A stretch of DNA of 64,000 bases from contig NC_082730.1 in the NCBI RefSeq assembly GCF_030144855.1, positions 2,542,001 to 2,606,000 on the forward strand, given 5' to 3'. The notes below the pieces were generated by a model. It did no database searches. It worked only from the letters and a program-made list of their open reading frames with translations, and was not told the DNA's origin. Positions 35,140-48,100 of this stretch are shown piece by piece. The translations under genes were made by a program, and so were the position numbers. The DNA comes from Hypanus sabinus. Its lineage: Eukaryota. Numbering within the stretch: the first letter of the stretch is position 1; each line of letters begins with the position of its first letter.

Positions 35140-36420
35140 CAGTGTGCAAATCTTTGACACCAATGGGAAAAACACGCAATAAGGTTGGCTGAATGGCAAG
35201 AGGTAAAAATTGGGAATTATGAAGACATTTTCTGTTTTGCTGCGGGATCTAATGCTGCTTTGCGTGGGACCGCTAGTTTCTACGTTATATATCAACGTTT
35301 TTGACGACAGAATTGATGGATTTATGGCGACGTTTATGGACGATACGAAGATGGGTGAAGGGGCAGGTACTTTGAGGAAGCAGAGAGTCTGCAGAAAGAC
35401 TTGGATAGATTCGGAGAATGGGCACATAAATGGTAAATGGAGCACAGTGACAATAGACAGTAGGTGCAGGAGTAGACCATTCGGCCCTTCTAGCCAGCAC
35501 TGCCATTCACTGTGATCATGGCTGATCATACACAATCACTATCCCGTTCCTGCCCTCTCCCCATATCTCTTGACCCCGCTATCTATAAGACCAGAGGTCT
35601 CAGTCTTAGAATAGAAGGACGTCTGTTTAGAATTTCCTTAGTCAGTGTCGGGGAATTTACGGTCATGCAGTCTTGCAGAAGGAATCAAGCTATAGTCCAT
35701 TTCTAAACAGGCAGAAAATTCAAAAATCAGAGGTGTAAAGAGGCTTGGAATCACTGAAGGTTTACTTGCAGATTAAGCCGGCGGTAAGCAAGGCAAATGC
35801 AATGTTAGCATCCATTTCCAGAGGACTGGAATATAAAAACAAAGATGTAATGTGAAGTTTTATAAGGCATCGGTCAGACCGCGCGGAGTATTATGAGCAG
35901 TTATGTGTCCGTATTATAAGAAAGAAATGCACTGGTATGGGGAGGGCCCAGAGAAGGCTTATAAGAATGATTCCGGCAATGAAAAGGTTAACATATGACG
36001 AACCTTTAGTGGCGCTGGGGCTGGTCTCGCTGGAGTTAAGAAGAATAATGCCATCTCATTGAAACATATCGATCACTGAAATGCCTAGATGGAATGAATG
36101 TTTAGAGGACGTATACTACAGTGGAGGACATCCCGACCGGAGGGCTCAGTCTCAGAATAGAAGGACGTATATTTAGAATTTCTTTAGTCAGATTGTAGTG
36201 AATCTTTGGAATTTCTTGCAAGAGATGATGTGGAGGCCACATCATTGGTTTTATTTCAAGCGAAGATTAATGCTTTCTTGGTTAGTCAAAGCATCGACGT
36301 TTATGAACGCAGCAAAATCAGATTAAGAGGCATAATAAAACAGACATGATCGACTGATGAAGTGATCTTGATGGCCTAATTCTGTTTCTATGTCTCAAGG
36401 TCTTATGGTCTAATAATCCT
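35140..36420 (+). mobile_element. Old CR1 RT/3' fragment with an inverted CR1 tail inserted at 35451-35589
   Basis: VGPLVSTLYINVFDDRIDGFMATFMDDTKMG; the inverted copy matches the 34431-34575 tail. Confidence 0.75.
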
Positions 36421-37099
36421 TTCTGATTTCCATCGGTAATAACACACGGCGAATTTCCAAGGCATTGATGAACCAAGAAATATTTTACAAATGGAAGGAA
36501 GAATGTAATTTCATAACTTTCTGAATATGACACCTAAGCGTCATGAATATCCTGTCGTGAGTACAAAAAATACTCCAATTAATTCCGTAGCGAGGAAATA
36601 CTGCGGCAAATTGGAGTATTGTTGCCACACAACCTGTTCTCAACTTCGGGGAGAATTTACAAGCAGAAGGGTGCAGATGGAGGACATGTAAATTAAACAT
36701 TCGTCATAACAGCAGATGGTAAACAAATAATTACTTTTACAGGAGGTTATTGATATCTGGTGAGAACGTCGCAAAAGTGATTATTGAGAAGGTGGTTAAC
36801 AGACATCGAACTGATTTAACATTTGAGAACCGAGTTGACAGGACATGGTGAAATATAAGCGGTATTTGAGTCTATGATATTCTCCTCTAAGAAACAAAAA
36901 CAATTCATCCTTGGTTCGATGCCGATGCTCTTTGTAGCGAGATCGGAAAGCATAAATATCATTTATGCAAATCTTCGAATGATCTCACCGCCTTTTATGC
37001 TCGCACTGAAAGGGAGAATAACAGCACACTTGTAGAATCCGGACAGAATCAGACATCCCTGTGATCACTGGCTCGGAGACCGGTGTCAGTCCGTCCTTC

Positions 37100-37830
37100 A
37101 AGATGGGTAAACTCATTCAGCACTTCAGACACCAGCTAACCAACTGATCGGCTACAGTTTCAGTCTGATCGCGGTGTTCTGAGGATTCTAGCTCTTTCAA
37201 AACCGTAGCATCATCCTAGTGTCTAAGGGTAACAGGGTGAGATTTCTGAATGACTATCGCCCATGCGCATCTTCTTCGATGAAGTGTTTTAACAGTTTGT
37301 TCCTGGATAGTACTAACTACTGTCTGAGTAATACCCGGATCAGATGCAATTTCTACACTGCCACAACCCGTCTACCGAGAAGACGATCCCAGTGTAACTC
37401 CGCTCTGTTCTCGAGAATATTAAAAAGCAGCAAAACATACGCCAGGCTGCTATTCATCAATCACAAGTCAGCTATAAACACTAATCACCCCTCAGTATCA
37501 ATCAACATCCTTCAAAATCTGGGCTTCTGAATCACTTTCTGCAACTGGACCCTTGACTTCCTGACATAGAGACCACGGATATTGCAGAAAGTCAGGAACA
37601 GTTCGTCTCGCTGTTGAACAAGGAGGTGTATTGTGTTTAAACCATGCATATCTCTCCACATTCATATCTGTATAATTAAGCGCAGGCCAGACACCATCCA
37701 TATATTCGTCGATGCCAGCACCGCTGTTAGTATAACCTCAGTTCGCCACAAGGATGCGTACAGAAATGAGCTAGGCTGGCTAGTGGAGGGGTTTTGCAAC
37801 GACATCCTTGCACTCAAAGTGGAAAGTTAA
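37100..37830 (+). mobile_element. Degraded Rex/L2-type RT fragment
   Basis: IILVSKGNRVRFLNDYRP..MKCF-like sequence (ORF 37219-37530) and FVDASTAVSIT. Confidence 0.7.
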
Positions 37831-38579
37831 TGCTGTTATGAAAGTACAGATATGTTACCACCTAAAACCCGAGATTCATTTTCTTTGGGCATACTCAACA
37901 AATCACTAGAAGAGTAACTGTAACAGGATCAGTGAACGGCCGGTCACCAGACCAGAGTGCAGAAGACAATAAACTGCAAATGCAAAAAGAAGACTCGATA
38001 GTGTAAATAAATAAGCGATAAATTTCGAGAGTATGAGATAAAGAGTCCTTGGAAATGAGTCCATTTTTTCTGGGAACGTTTCAAAGATGGGGTAAGTGAA
38101 CTTGAGTGAGGTTCAAAATCTCTCAAAATCGTTGTTCAAAACCCTGATGGCTGAGGGGTAGTTCCTGTTACTAAACCTGGTGGTTACAATCCTGTAGCTC
38201 TTGTAACATCTGCAAGATTTAGAAATTGCTTGTTCTTTTCCTTAAGGGGAAGTCATTAGAACACACACGGGAACTTAGCCCTCTATACCCCGAGCATCCA
38301 TAAACCTCGCCAAACTTCTCTTAAACGTTGAAATCGAGTTCACATGCACCGCGTGTGCTGTTATCTCGTTCTAGACACTCACGACCCTCGTAGTGAGGAC
38401 GTTTTCCCTTTTGTTCATCTTAAACCTTTCACCATTCCTCGTTAACCCGTGAACTTTATTTGTAGTCCCACCCAGCCTCGGAGGAAATTCACCATTATTT
38501 GGTTGGATTAAGTATTTACGGATTTCTTCTGGTTCCTTCTCAGTTTTAATCCAACTCAATTTTATTGACACGTACAAAT

Positions 38580-38672
38580 AATATCTGCAGATGCTTGAAA
38601 TTCCAGCAACACAGACAAAACTCTGGGGGAAACGCTGCCTGGCCTGCCAAGTTCCACCAGCATTTTACGTGT
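38580..38672. mobile_element. Second head-to-head (fold-back) PLE terminal-repeat relic
   Basis: cagcaacacagacaaaactctggggga joined to gctgcctggcctgccaagttccaccagcatttt. Confidence 0.55.
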
Positions 38673-39891
38673 CAATTGTAATGAGCTTGCTGCCCCCGAT
38701 AAAGTGGCCAGAGCTGTGAAGATATATGCTCACTCGTGTATTCAGGTGAGTTATGTTTGGGCTAGTGCCCAATTGTGTACTTTCCATTTCACGCGCAAAG
38801 AGAGTAGTAGAATTAAAAGTGGAGAATGTTGCTGGCCAAACAACAGCCGAACAGTCGCCGGCAGTGAATAACAAGCATTACGAACGAGAGGTACACAAAA
38901 CACACAGCTTCACAGAAAGACTAAACTCCCGAGACAGAGCGTCGGAAACAGTTCTGAGTGCAGTTCATTGCGATCGTGTCGGTATTCAGATCGTGCAGCA
39001 GCAGCAGGAACCGTAACGAAGGCAAAAACTGCATCACGGCTTGCTGCACTTGCAGAGGGAAATTTTTATTAAAATAGACAAAGCTCGGCTGGAGGCTACT
39101 TTGTAACACGTGCATTTTGAAAAAGAGGTTGCAGCAGCTCTCGCGCCGACAACGATATGGCAGGCAGCAGCAGAGCAAGATGGCGGGAAGCCTGACATCA
39201 ACAGTACAGGGTACATTGGAGCACACTCCCTTCGGTTTTCCTCTCAATTTTGCAGAAAGCTTTGGAAAACGACAACAATTAGCGCACTGTAGCCACTGGT
39301 CACCCTCCTGCACCTTGCTTACAGCAAAACTCAGAAATACTTTGTCCTTCACATATATTACACAAATCTTGCTTGATAGTCCAGCACCGAATAAGGAATC
39401 CCTCCTACTTTAAAAAGAAAGATGATTACGCCAAGTTTTGAGAGTATCAATCGATATATGCAGCTAGTGTTTAATATGCCTCAGTAACTGGCAGTTGGGC
39501 AGTAATCAGTTTATTCCAATTATCTGCGAAATGTTCGACCAGCCTTGGAAATTGAATGAACAATTCCCATCTTCTCTCATTCTTTATACTTTGCTTCGTC
39601 ATGCTCTGTATAACTTTGTATATTTTGCGTGTAAGTCCAGCTTTATATATTCCTAATCGCATATGAATGTGTGCCTGAGTCCTCGTAGGTTTGCTGCATT
39701 AAGTACTGACCGTAATTTCACTGTTTTACTCTTACTCAATCGTAATGGAGTGATACCCAAATAAAGCATCCGGTGCTTGGACGCTATATTCTGCCTCCCA
39801 TGTTCAGTTGAGTGGGGTTAGGCTTAGTGCTGAATTGTGCACTTCCAACTTCACACAGAAGGTGAGTCGAACAGTAAGATTTTATTGATTG

Positions 39892-40051
39892 CAGTAATAG
39901 CAACAATCGCAAGGTGGGGTAGTTGACTGGGTGAACGGTCAGCAGGGTACGCCACATAGAAGATATTTCTATCCATTCCTGCAAGTAGTGTTTCTGAATT
40001 CCAATCTATTTCGGTAACATTCCGCACTTTAGTTCCCATAACTCTAGCCAT
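39892..40051 (-). pseudogene. Probable first coding exon of the GPR139-like gene, lacking a canonical donor
   Basis: 160 nt = 53 codons + 1, MARVMGTKVRNVTEIDWNS..HLAIVAIT. It joins in phase 1 to give LAIVAITANLVTIVII (TM1) and has an N-V-T sequon. The next bases are CAATCA, not GT. Confidence 0.55.
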
Positions 40052-40484
40052 TCTTGTTGACTGTTCCAAACTACTCCCTCTCGTCGCAGTTTCTGCCCGT
40101 GATCCAGCGTCTCCCCTCACTAACACTATGATGACTGACTACAAGTACATTTTATAACTAGAGCCGAGAAATCCCTTGGTGCACTATGAGGAAACCGTTA
40201 GACTTAGCTTATGATTTATGATGAACACATTCAGTTAACTCTTTATATTAAGGGATCCTGAGCATCAGGTGGAGCATCAGTCTGGTCAACTATTTTTGAG
40301 TTCGGATCTAATTTCCAACTTTCTAACAGTTCAATTTCTTTAAAAGACTCAATATGGGGCGACATCGGATAGGTTTACTCACCGATAATTGACAAGATGG
40401 AGGTGAAGAAAGTTTCCATTTGGAAGGATGTGGACTGTTCAGAACGCAGTTCTCCAGTAATATTCAACACAGAATCTAGAACAG

Positions 40485-41150
40485 CACAGCATAAAATCAG
40501 GCCAATCAGCTCACAATGTCGTGCCGAACCTGATAAGTTAGTAATTAAATGGCAAAGAAACCAATCTTCTCTGCCTACACAAAGTCCGTAACCTTCCATT
40601 GTCCTCACATTCATGTGCCTATCTAAACGTTTCTGAAAAGTCTTTAATGTTTCTGCCTTTAACACCGCGCCCGGACTGCTCTTAACATGTACCCGGGACT
40701 TCCTGCGTAAATAAGGACGCGTCTCTTAAATCTCCTTTTAAGTTATTCCTCTCACGTTAAATGTATGGTCTCTGGAATCAGTCATCCCAACCCTTGGAAA
40801 ATGATATTGTCTGTCATGTCTATCAAAATCTCTCATAATCTCATAGATCTCTATCAGATCTCCTCTCTGTCTCTGCTGCTCTAGAGAAAACAACCCAAGT
40901 TTGCCCATCCTCTTCTTATAGCACATGCCCTTCAATCCAGACAACATTCTGGTAAACCGCTTTTGCACCCTTTCCAAACGCACACCAGCCTACACATAAT
41001 GGGGCAACCAGAAATGCGTATAATACCCCAGATGCGGCCGAACTAGAGTTTTCTAAAGCTGCAACATAACTTCCTGCCATTTGAACACAATGTATCGACC
41101 ATGTAAAGGCAAAAATGACCCAGGCTTTCTTAAACACACTATCAATTTCA
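40485..41150 (-). mobile_element. CR1 3' fragment
   Basis: RLERVQKRFTRMLSGL..LGLFSLEQQR (ORF 40738-40983). Confidence 0.85.
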
Positions 41151-41499
41151 TGGAGCTATAAACTTGGACCTCAAAACCTCTGCTCATCATCACATTAAAG
41201 GATCTTGCACTTAACAGTATAACTGTGTCTTTTTGCCTTTGATCTACATTTCACATTTGGCTGTATTGAACAGTGCACATTTGACATCAGTAACTAAGTC
41301 CATACGGAATCGCTTCCATTCGATTCTATTTCCCATTCTCTTGTGTTTCCTATGGTAATAATAGCCATATTGCCAGTGACATGCAAGTATGTTCCATAAG
41401 TGTCTCATTTAATACACAGCATCATATCTATAAAACACTACGCTGACATGCAACAAATCCGAAATGAAAATAGAGAAATATCCAGGGACTGATCATAAA

Positions 41500-41860
41500 A
41501 ACATAGAAATCTACAGCACGTTACAGAACCTTCGGCCCACAATGTTGTGCTGACCATGTAACCTACTCTAGAAACGGCCTAGAATTTCCCTATTGCATAG
41601 CCCTCTATTTTTCCAAGCTTCATTTACCTATTTAAGAGTCTCTTAAAAGACCCTATTTTACCTACTTCTACCACCTTCGTTGGCAATGCATTTCACGTAC
41701 CAACTACTCTCTGTGTGAAAAACTTACCTCTGACATTCCCCTTGAACCTACTGCCAAACACTTTTTAACTATGCCCCCTTGTGTTAACCATTTCAGCCCT
41801 GTGAAAAAGTCTTAGGCTATCCACACAATCAACGCCTCTCATCACCTTATACAGTTATGT
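41500..41860 (-). mobile_element. CR1 3' tail fragment
   Basis: aaacatagaaatctacagcacgttacagaaccttcggcccac reverse-complement tail. Confidence 0.75.
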
Positions 41861-42439
41861 TCCTGCATTATATTTTCTAACATGCTGCACTTCCAATGCT
41901 GCTGTCACAGGTTATTCTAAATTCTGTTACTGGTTTACATTGCATTATCTCAATGCACTGTTGTCATGATATGTTCTGTGTGAGTGCATGCATAAAAAAA
42001 ACCTCTACCTCGGGACATGTGACAATAAAATTACATTACCAATGTATGTTTCTGCAGCTTCCCTTTGTGTGATTCACAACACTTCGATCTGTATGTGATC
42101 AATCATCTTTCGCGCTCACAATGAACAGCTGGAACTGAAATACCTTTATTCAAACATTTATTTGAATGTAAACAACATTTCGCCAAATTCAAAGAGCTGA
42201 CAACGGAAAATAAAATATGCAAGTTCTCATGTTATGTAATACATGGATCCCCAGGAAAACTAAACATCTACTCAATAAGATTCTAAACACAACTAAGGAT
42301 TGAGCGTATACATTATTGTGAGAGAGGCCTTTGAGACAATGTGCCAGTGTTAGAGTACAGAGCTCAGGCTCCGGCACATTGAGGTTGCGATGAGAAGAGG
42401 TGAAGGCTGTAGATTGTTCTTTTTTTCATTTAATGGTTC

Positions 42440-42850
42440 TTGCTTTCTTTGTGATTGCACTGTTGGACCAGTGAGAGACCAGGGAGGATAGTGGACTGCT
42501 GCACTTGTGGAATGTGGGAAGCAGGGAGACCTGTGGTGTATCTGGCGACTGCAACTGTGAGAAGTACATCCAGCCGTGGCTTCGTTCAGACCGTGCTAAG
42601 GAATCGGATCTGGAAATGGATGAACTCTGGACCATTTGCAGGGCTGAGAGGTTAATCGACAGCATATACAGACAGCTAGTGACACCCATGATGCAGGACA
42701 CACGTAGCTAATTGATGGTCGGGGAGTGGGGTGTAGGGGGAAGTAGATAGACAGCCAGTGTAGACTACCGATGTGACCATTGCCCACAACAGGTACTCTG
42801 ATTTGGATACCACTGTGGTGGAATAATCTGGCAGAGGGAAACCTCAGCAG
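42440..42850 (+). mobile_element. CR1 ORF1 N-terminal fragment
   Basis: CCTCGMWE..ETCGVSGDCNCEKYIQ..ELWTICRAERLIDSIYRQLVTP. Confidence 0.7.
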
Positions 42851-43314
42851 TCAGGTTTCCCAATCACAAATCCATGTTAACTTGTTTATTTGTGTCACTA
42901 TATTGCAGATATCTCTGTATCCCATTCTTTACTGCATACCCTGTCAGAGGTCTCAGCACGCTAAACATATGCAGGATTCTCGTTTCCTCAGTTCTACATA
43001 TTCCAAAGCCCACCCTCTCCCACCCTAGGAACGCACACGTGGAGGTAGGGACAGACAGTGGGATCCTGACAATCTATATCGGACGTGCAGATCCACAGTT
43101 ACCTGCTTACATTCTCCTTGTTTCCAATAGCAGAAAGTATCTTTCACCACAAGGGAATCTGCATGGCGAATTCCCATGCAGCCGCACGTTGATATGGAAT
43201 TGTCTCCAAAAAAAAAAACTACTGTATTTGTAGTCACCTCGCACAAAACTGAGATGCAGAGCATTTTGTCTCTGCTGTACAATTTTTTCCTTTCATTAGT
43301 TTCTCAGTTGCTAG

Positions 43315-44157
43315 TGTTACGTACTCGTGACACATGACAGTGGTGCCCTTGTCACGTGACTAGGGTTGAAGCTATACTGGACTTGAGGTGATGGCCTTGT
43401 GATGGTGGAGTGACGTCATTTTCCCGCCAGTAGAGATCATGTGACAGGTTTTTTTTACAGGTTATAAAAGGTAGATCCCACCCTGTGAGTGGGGGCAGTT
43501 CGTGGCTGGATTTGCCAGGTTGACTTCATGCCACTGCGTGTTTTAAGTGATGACGCAGTTTAGTTAAAGGATGAAGTTTTATTTAATGCCTAAAGTTTAA
43601 AAGGTCATTGCCAGCAGGTTCTTTACGATTCTGCTAGTTCGAGGAGACAGTGGAGAGTGAAGATCAAAGTTCGAGAGTTAAAGATCGAGGAGAATCGCTT
43701 TCTACGGTGAAACGGGTTTCGACCTTTGTTTGATCCTTATTTGGAAGGATTTCGTTGACTATCTTCGTGTTAATCGCTGGGTTTAACCAGAAAGGATTGA
43801 AGGTAGCGAAGAAGGAAAGGTCAGTGCCTTTAAGCCGTTCTGTTTCGTGAATTCTTCGTGGGAAGTTCGACGTCGGGGATCGAAGCCAAGCGACGTGAAA
43901 GAGAATTTAAATCTTCTTATAAAGTCTCTCCTTTTAAATGGACTGTGAGCATATCGAACTTTTGGCAATACCACTTTAAAGAACTGTTTTTGCAATATCA
44001 CTTTAAGAACTGTTTGGGCTGCCGCACCGCAGCTGTTTCCGGTTGCGTTAGTGTTTGTTTACTTTTGGGGGGTTTGTTTTCTGTGTTTAATAAACGTGTT
44101 GTTTGTTATAAGAAACCCTTGCCGAACTCATATTTACTGTTGCCTGAATACGTAACA
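43315..44157 (+). repeat. Intact solo LTR, 843 bp
   Basis: 9-bp terminal inverted repeats TGTTACGTA/TACGTAACA, perfect 4-bp TSD CTAG (43311-43314 and 44158-44161), TATA-like ttataaaag at ~43462, AATAAA at ~44088. Confidence 0.92.
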
Positions 44158-45139
44158 CTAGGCAATGCATTTATGCTGCTTTGTATTTCCACGTGATATA
44201 ACCTAGTGTTTTTATGTCTTTTTCCCAGACACGAATATTTAATTGGATCCTGTCATTTATCTACTTGTATAATTTCTGTCGGCTCCCTTGGAAGGGATAT
44301 ACATTTGCCCATACATTTGCCCATTTCACACTTTGCATAAATCTACTGTGGCTCTTTCAATCTGATTGTAACAACTTCCAGAAGGTGTGATAAATAATTT
44401 AGTTTTACAGTATTCTGAACCCCATTTTAATCTATTAAAAGTGTTCCATGAATCCATAACACTATATCAGAAAGTGGAGGAAGTAAAAATGAGTTAGATA
44501 TCATGACCAGTGAGAATAGGCAGCAGCAGACGAAAGACACAATGAGTCGGACTGGCATAAATATGACTGTTTGAACTATTACTGGAGTCCTGGAGAGAGG
44601 GTAGAACTTGAAGCAAGAATCATAGTACTATAAGCCGGTGAGCATAGGATGGACACAGTGGAGAGGGGAACAACAATGGTAATTAATTCTGCAGTGTTTG
44701 CAAGCTGCAGGAAGAGAGATGGCAGTAAAAAAGAGTTGTGCTATTCATCAGGGACAATACCACAGTTACACTCAGTGTGGACAAAATGCAGGGCCCACCT
44801 ACCAGGCAACCACCAAACAAAAAAAACCCAAAAATAAACCATAAAAAAATGGTGAAACACCCAATGTCCAGAGAGAGAGAGAGAGAGAGACAAACCGTGC
44901 AAACAACAAACACAAGTAAATTGTGTTCAGAACTGCAGTCACAAAGAGTGTTACGCTGTGGACCCTTAGTTCAATGCAGAGCTGAGCAGTGATCTGAACT
45001 CTTCCAACCCTTGACTTCAGCCCCAACACCCTGACCTTTGTGATCTGTCCCAGTGCCTAAATCATGTTATTAATATTGGGTTCTGTCCCTTCCAAATGCT
45101 CTGGAGCCTGTACCTAACCCTTCCAATTTGGCATGAAGG

Positions 45140-48100
45140 TTAAATCGATCGAACCTCAGATCTTTGTCACTCTCGGTAGTTGAAGAGAGACTGGGAAGTC
45201 CACCACAGAACAACCTGTGACAGACCCATCCAGCACACCTCACCTATCTCCACCATTCTAAAATCATTCAATTCCATGAGCCCACTGCCTCATCATCCCT
45301 ATGGCGGTCAATGTTGTCCTGCTTATGCCTCTGTTTCCTTGTGGAAAGTAGATAAAAGACAATACTTATTTTCCAACACCCTCCTCAACATGACACAACT
45401 TGTGCTCAGTCTCAATAACTTTGTTTCTGATTGATTCCACTTTGAACAAGTTAAGTGTGTAGCCATGGACACTCAGATGGGCCCCAGTTATAACCATATA
45501 ACAATCACAGCACGGAAACAGGCCATCTTGGCCCTCCTAGTCCGTGCCGAACCCTTAATCTCACCTAGTCCCACCTACCAGCACTCAGCCCATAACCCTC
45601 CACTCCTTTCCTGTCCATATACCTATCCAATTTTACCTTAAATGACACAACTGAACTGGCCTCTACTACTTCTACAGGAAGCTCATTCCACACAGCTATC
45701 ACTCTTTGAGTAAAGAAATACCCCCTCGTGTTTCCCTTAAACTTCTGCCACCTAACTCTCAAATCATGTCCTCTAGTTTGAATCTCCCCTACTCTCAATG
45801 GAAACAGCCTGTTCACGTCAACTCTATCTATCCCTCTCAAAATTTTAAGTACCTCGATCAAATCCCCCCTCAACCTTCTACGCTCCAATGAATAGAGACC
45901 TAACTTGTTCAACCTTTCTCTGTAACTTAATTGCTGAAACCCAGGTAACATCCTAGTAAATCATCTCTGCACTCTCTCTAATTTATTGATATCTTTCCTA
46001 TAATTCGGTGACCAGAACTGCACACAATATTCCAAATTTGGCCTTACCAATGCCTTGTACAACTTGAGCATTACATCCCAACTTCTGTACACAATGCTTT
46101 GATTTATAAAGGCCAGCATTCCAAAAGCCCTCTTCACCACCCTATCTACATGAGACTCCACTTTCAGGGAACTATGAACAGTTATTCCTAGATCTCTCTG
46201 TTCCTCTGCATTCCTCAATGCCCTACCATTTACTCTGTATGTTCTATTTGGATTATTCCTGCCAAAATGTAGAACCTCACACTTCTCAGCATTAAACTCC
46301 ATCTGCCAACGTTCAGCCCATTCTTCTAACCGGCATAAATCTCCCTGCAAGCTTTGAAAATCCACCTTATTATCCACAACACCTCCTACCTTAGTATCAT
46401 CGGCATACTTACTAATCCAATTTACCACCCCATCATCCAGATCATTTATGTATATTACAAACAACATTGGGCCCAAAACAGATCCCTGAGGCACCCCGCT
46501 AGTCACCGGCCTCCATCACGATAAACAATTATCTGGCATCTCCCATCTAGCCACTGTTGAATCCATTTTATTACTCCAGCATTAATACCTAACGACTGAA
46601 CCTTCTTAACTAACCTTCCATGTGGAACTTTGTCAAAGGCTTTGCTGAAGTCCATATGGACTACATCCACTGCCTTACCCTCGTCAACATTCCTCGTAAC
46701 TTCTTCAAAAAATTCAATAAGGTTTGTCAAACATGACCTTCCACGCACAAATCCATGCTGGCTACTTCTAATCAGATCCCGTCTATCCAGATAATTATAA
46801 ATACTATCTCTAAGAATACTTTCCATTAATTTACCCACCACTGATGTCAAACTGACAGGTCTATAATTGCTAGGCTTACTTCTAGAACCCTTTTTAAACA
46901 ATGGAACCACATGAGCAATACACCAATCCTCCGGCACAATCCCCGTTTCTAATGACATATTAAAGATCTCCGTCAGACCTCCTGCTATTTCTACACAAAC
47001 TTCCCTCAAGGTCCTGGGGAATATCCTGTCAGGACCCGGAGATTTATCCACTTTTAAATTTCTTAAAAGCGCCAGTACTTCCACCTCTTTAATTGTTATA
47101 GGTTCCATAACTTCCTTACTTGTTTCCCACACCTTACACAATTCAATATCCTTCTCCTTAGTGAATACCGAAGAGAAGAAATCATTCAAAATCTCTCCCA
47201 TCTCCCTCGGCTCCACACATAGCTGACCACTCTGATTCTCTAAGGGGCCAATTTTATCCCTCACTATCCTCTTGCTTTTAATATAACTGTAGAAACCTTT
47301 CGGATTTACTTTCACCTTATTTGCCAAACCAACCTCGTATCTTCTTTTAGCTTTTCTAATCTCTTTCTTAAGATTCCTTTTACATTCTTTATATTCCTCG
47401 AGCAATTCCTTTACTCCATGCTGCCTATATCTATTGTAGACATCCCTCTTTTTCTGAACCAAATTTCTAATATCCCTTGAAAACCATGGTGCTCTCAAAC
47501 CTTTAACCTTTCCTTTCACCCTAACAGGAACATAAAGATTCTGTACCCTCATAATTTCACCCTTAAATGACCTCCATTTCTCTATTACATCCTTCCCATA
47601 AAACAACTTGACCCAATCCACTCTCTCTAAATCCCTTCGCATCCCCTCAAAGTTAGCCTTTCTCCAATCAAAAATCTCAACTCTAGGTCCAGTCCTGTCC
47701 TTCTCCATAATTATATTGAAGCTAATGCTATTTTGATCGCTGGACCCGAAGTGCTCCCCAACACATACATATGTCAGCTGACCTATCGCATTCCCTAACA
47801 GGAGATCCAACAATGCCCCATCTCTAGTCGGTACTTCTATGTATTGTTGCAAAAAACTATCCTGCACACATTTCACAAACTCTAAACCATCCAGCCCTTT
47901 TACAGAATGAGCTTCCCAGTCTACGTGTGGAAAATTAAAATCTCCCACAATCATCACCTTGTGTTTACTACAAATATCTGCTATCTCCTTACACATTTGC
48001 TCTTCCAACTCACACACCCCATTAGGTGGCCTAGAATACACTCCTATCAGTGTTACTGCACCTTTCCCATTCTTCAATTCCACCCAAATGGCCTCCCTAG

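Noticed and set aside
40383-40419. METFFTSILSII followed by a strong G|GTGAGT donor as GPCR exon 1
   Set aside because: The phase fits, but it gives almost no N-terminus and resembles the family less than 39892-40051. It is kept only as a possible alternative or upstream exon.
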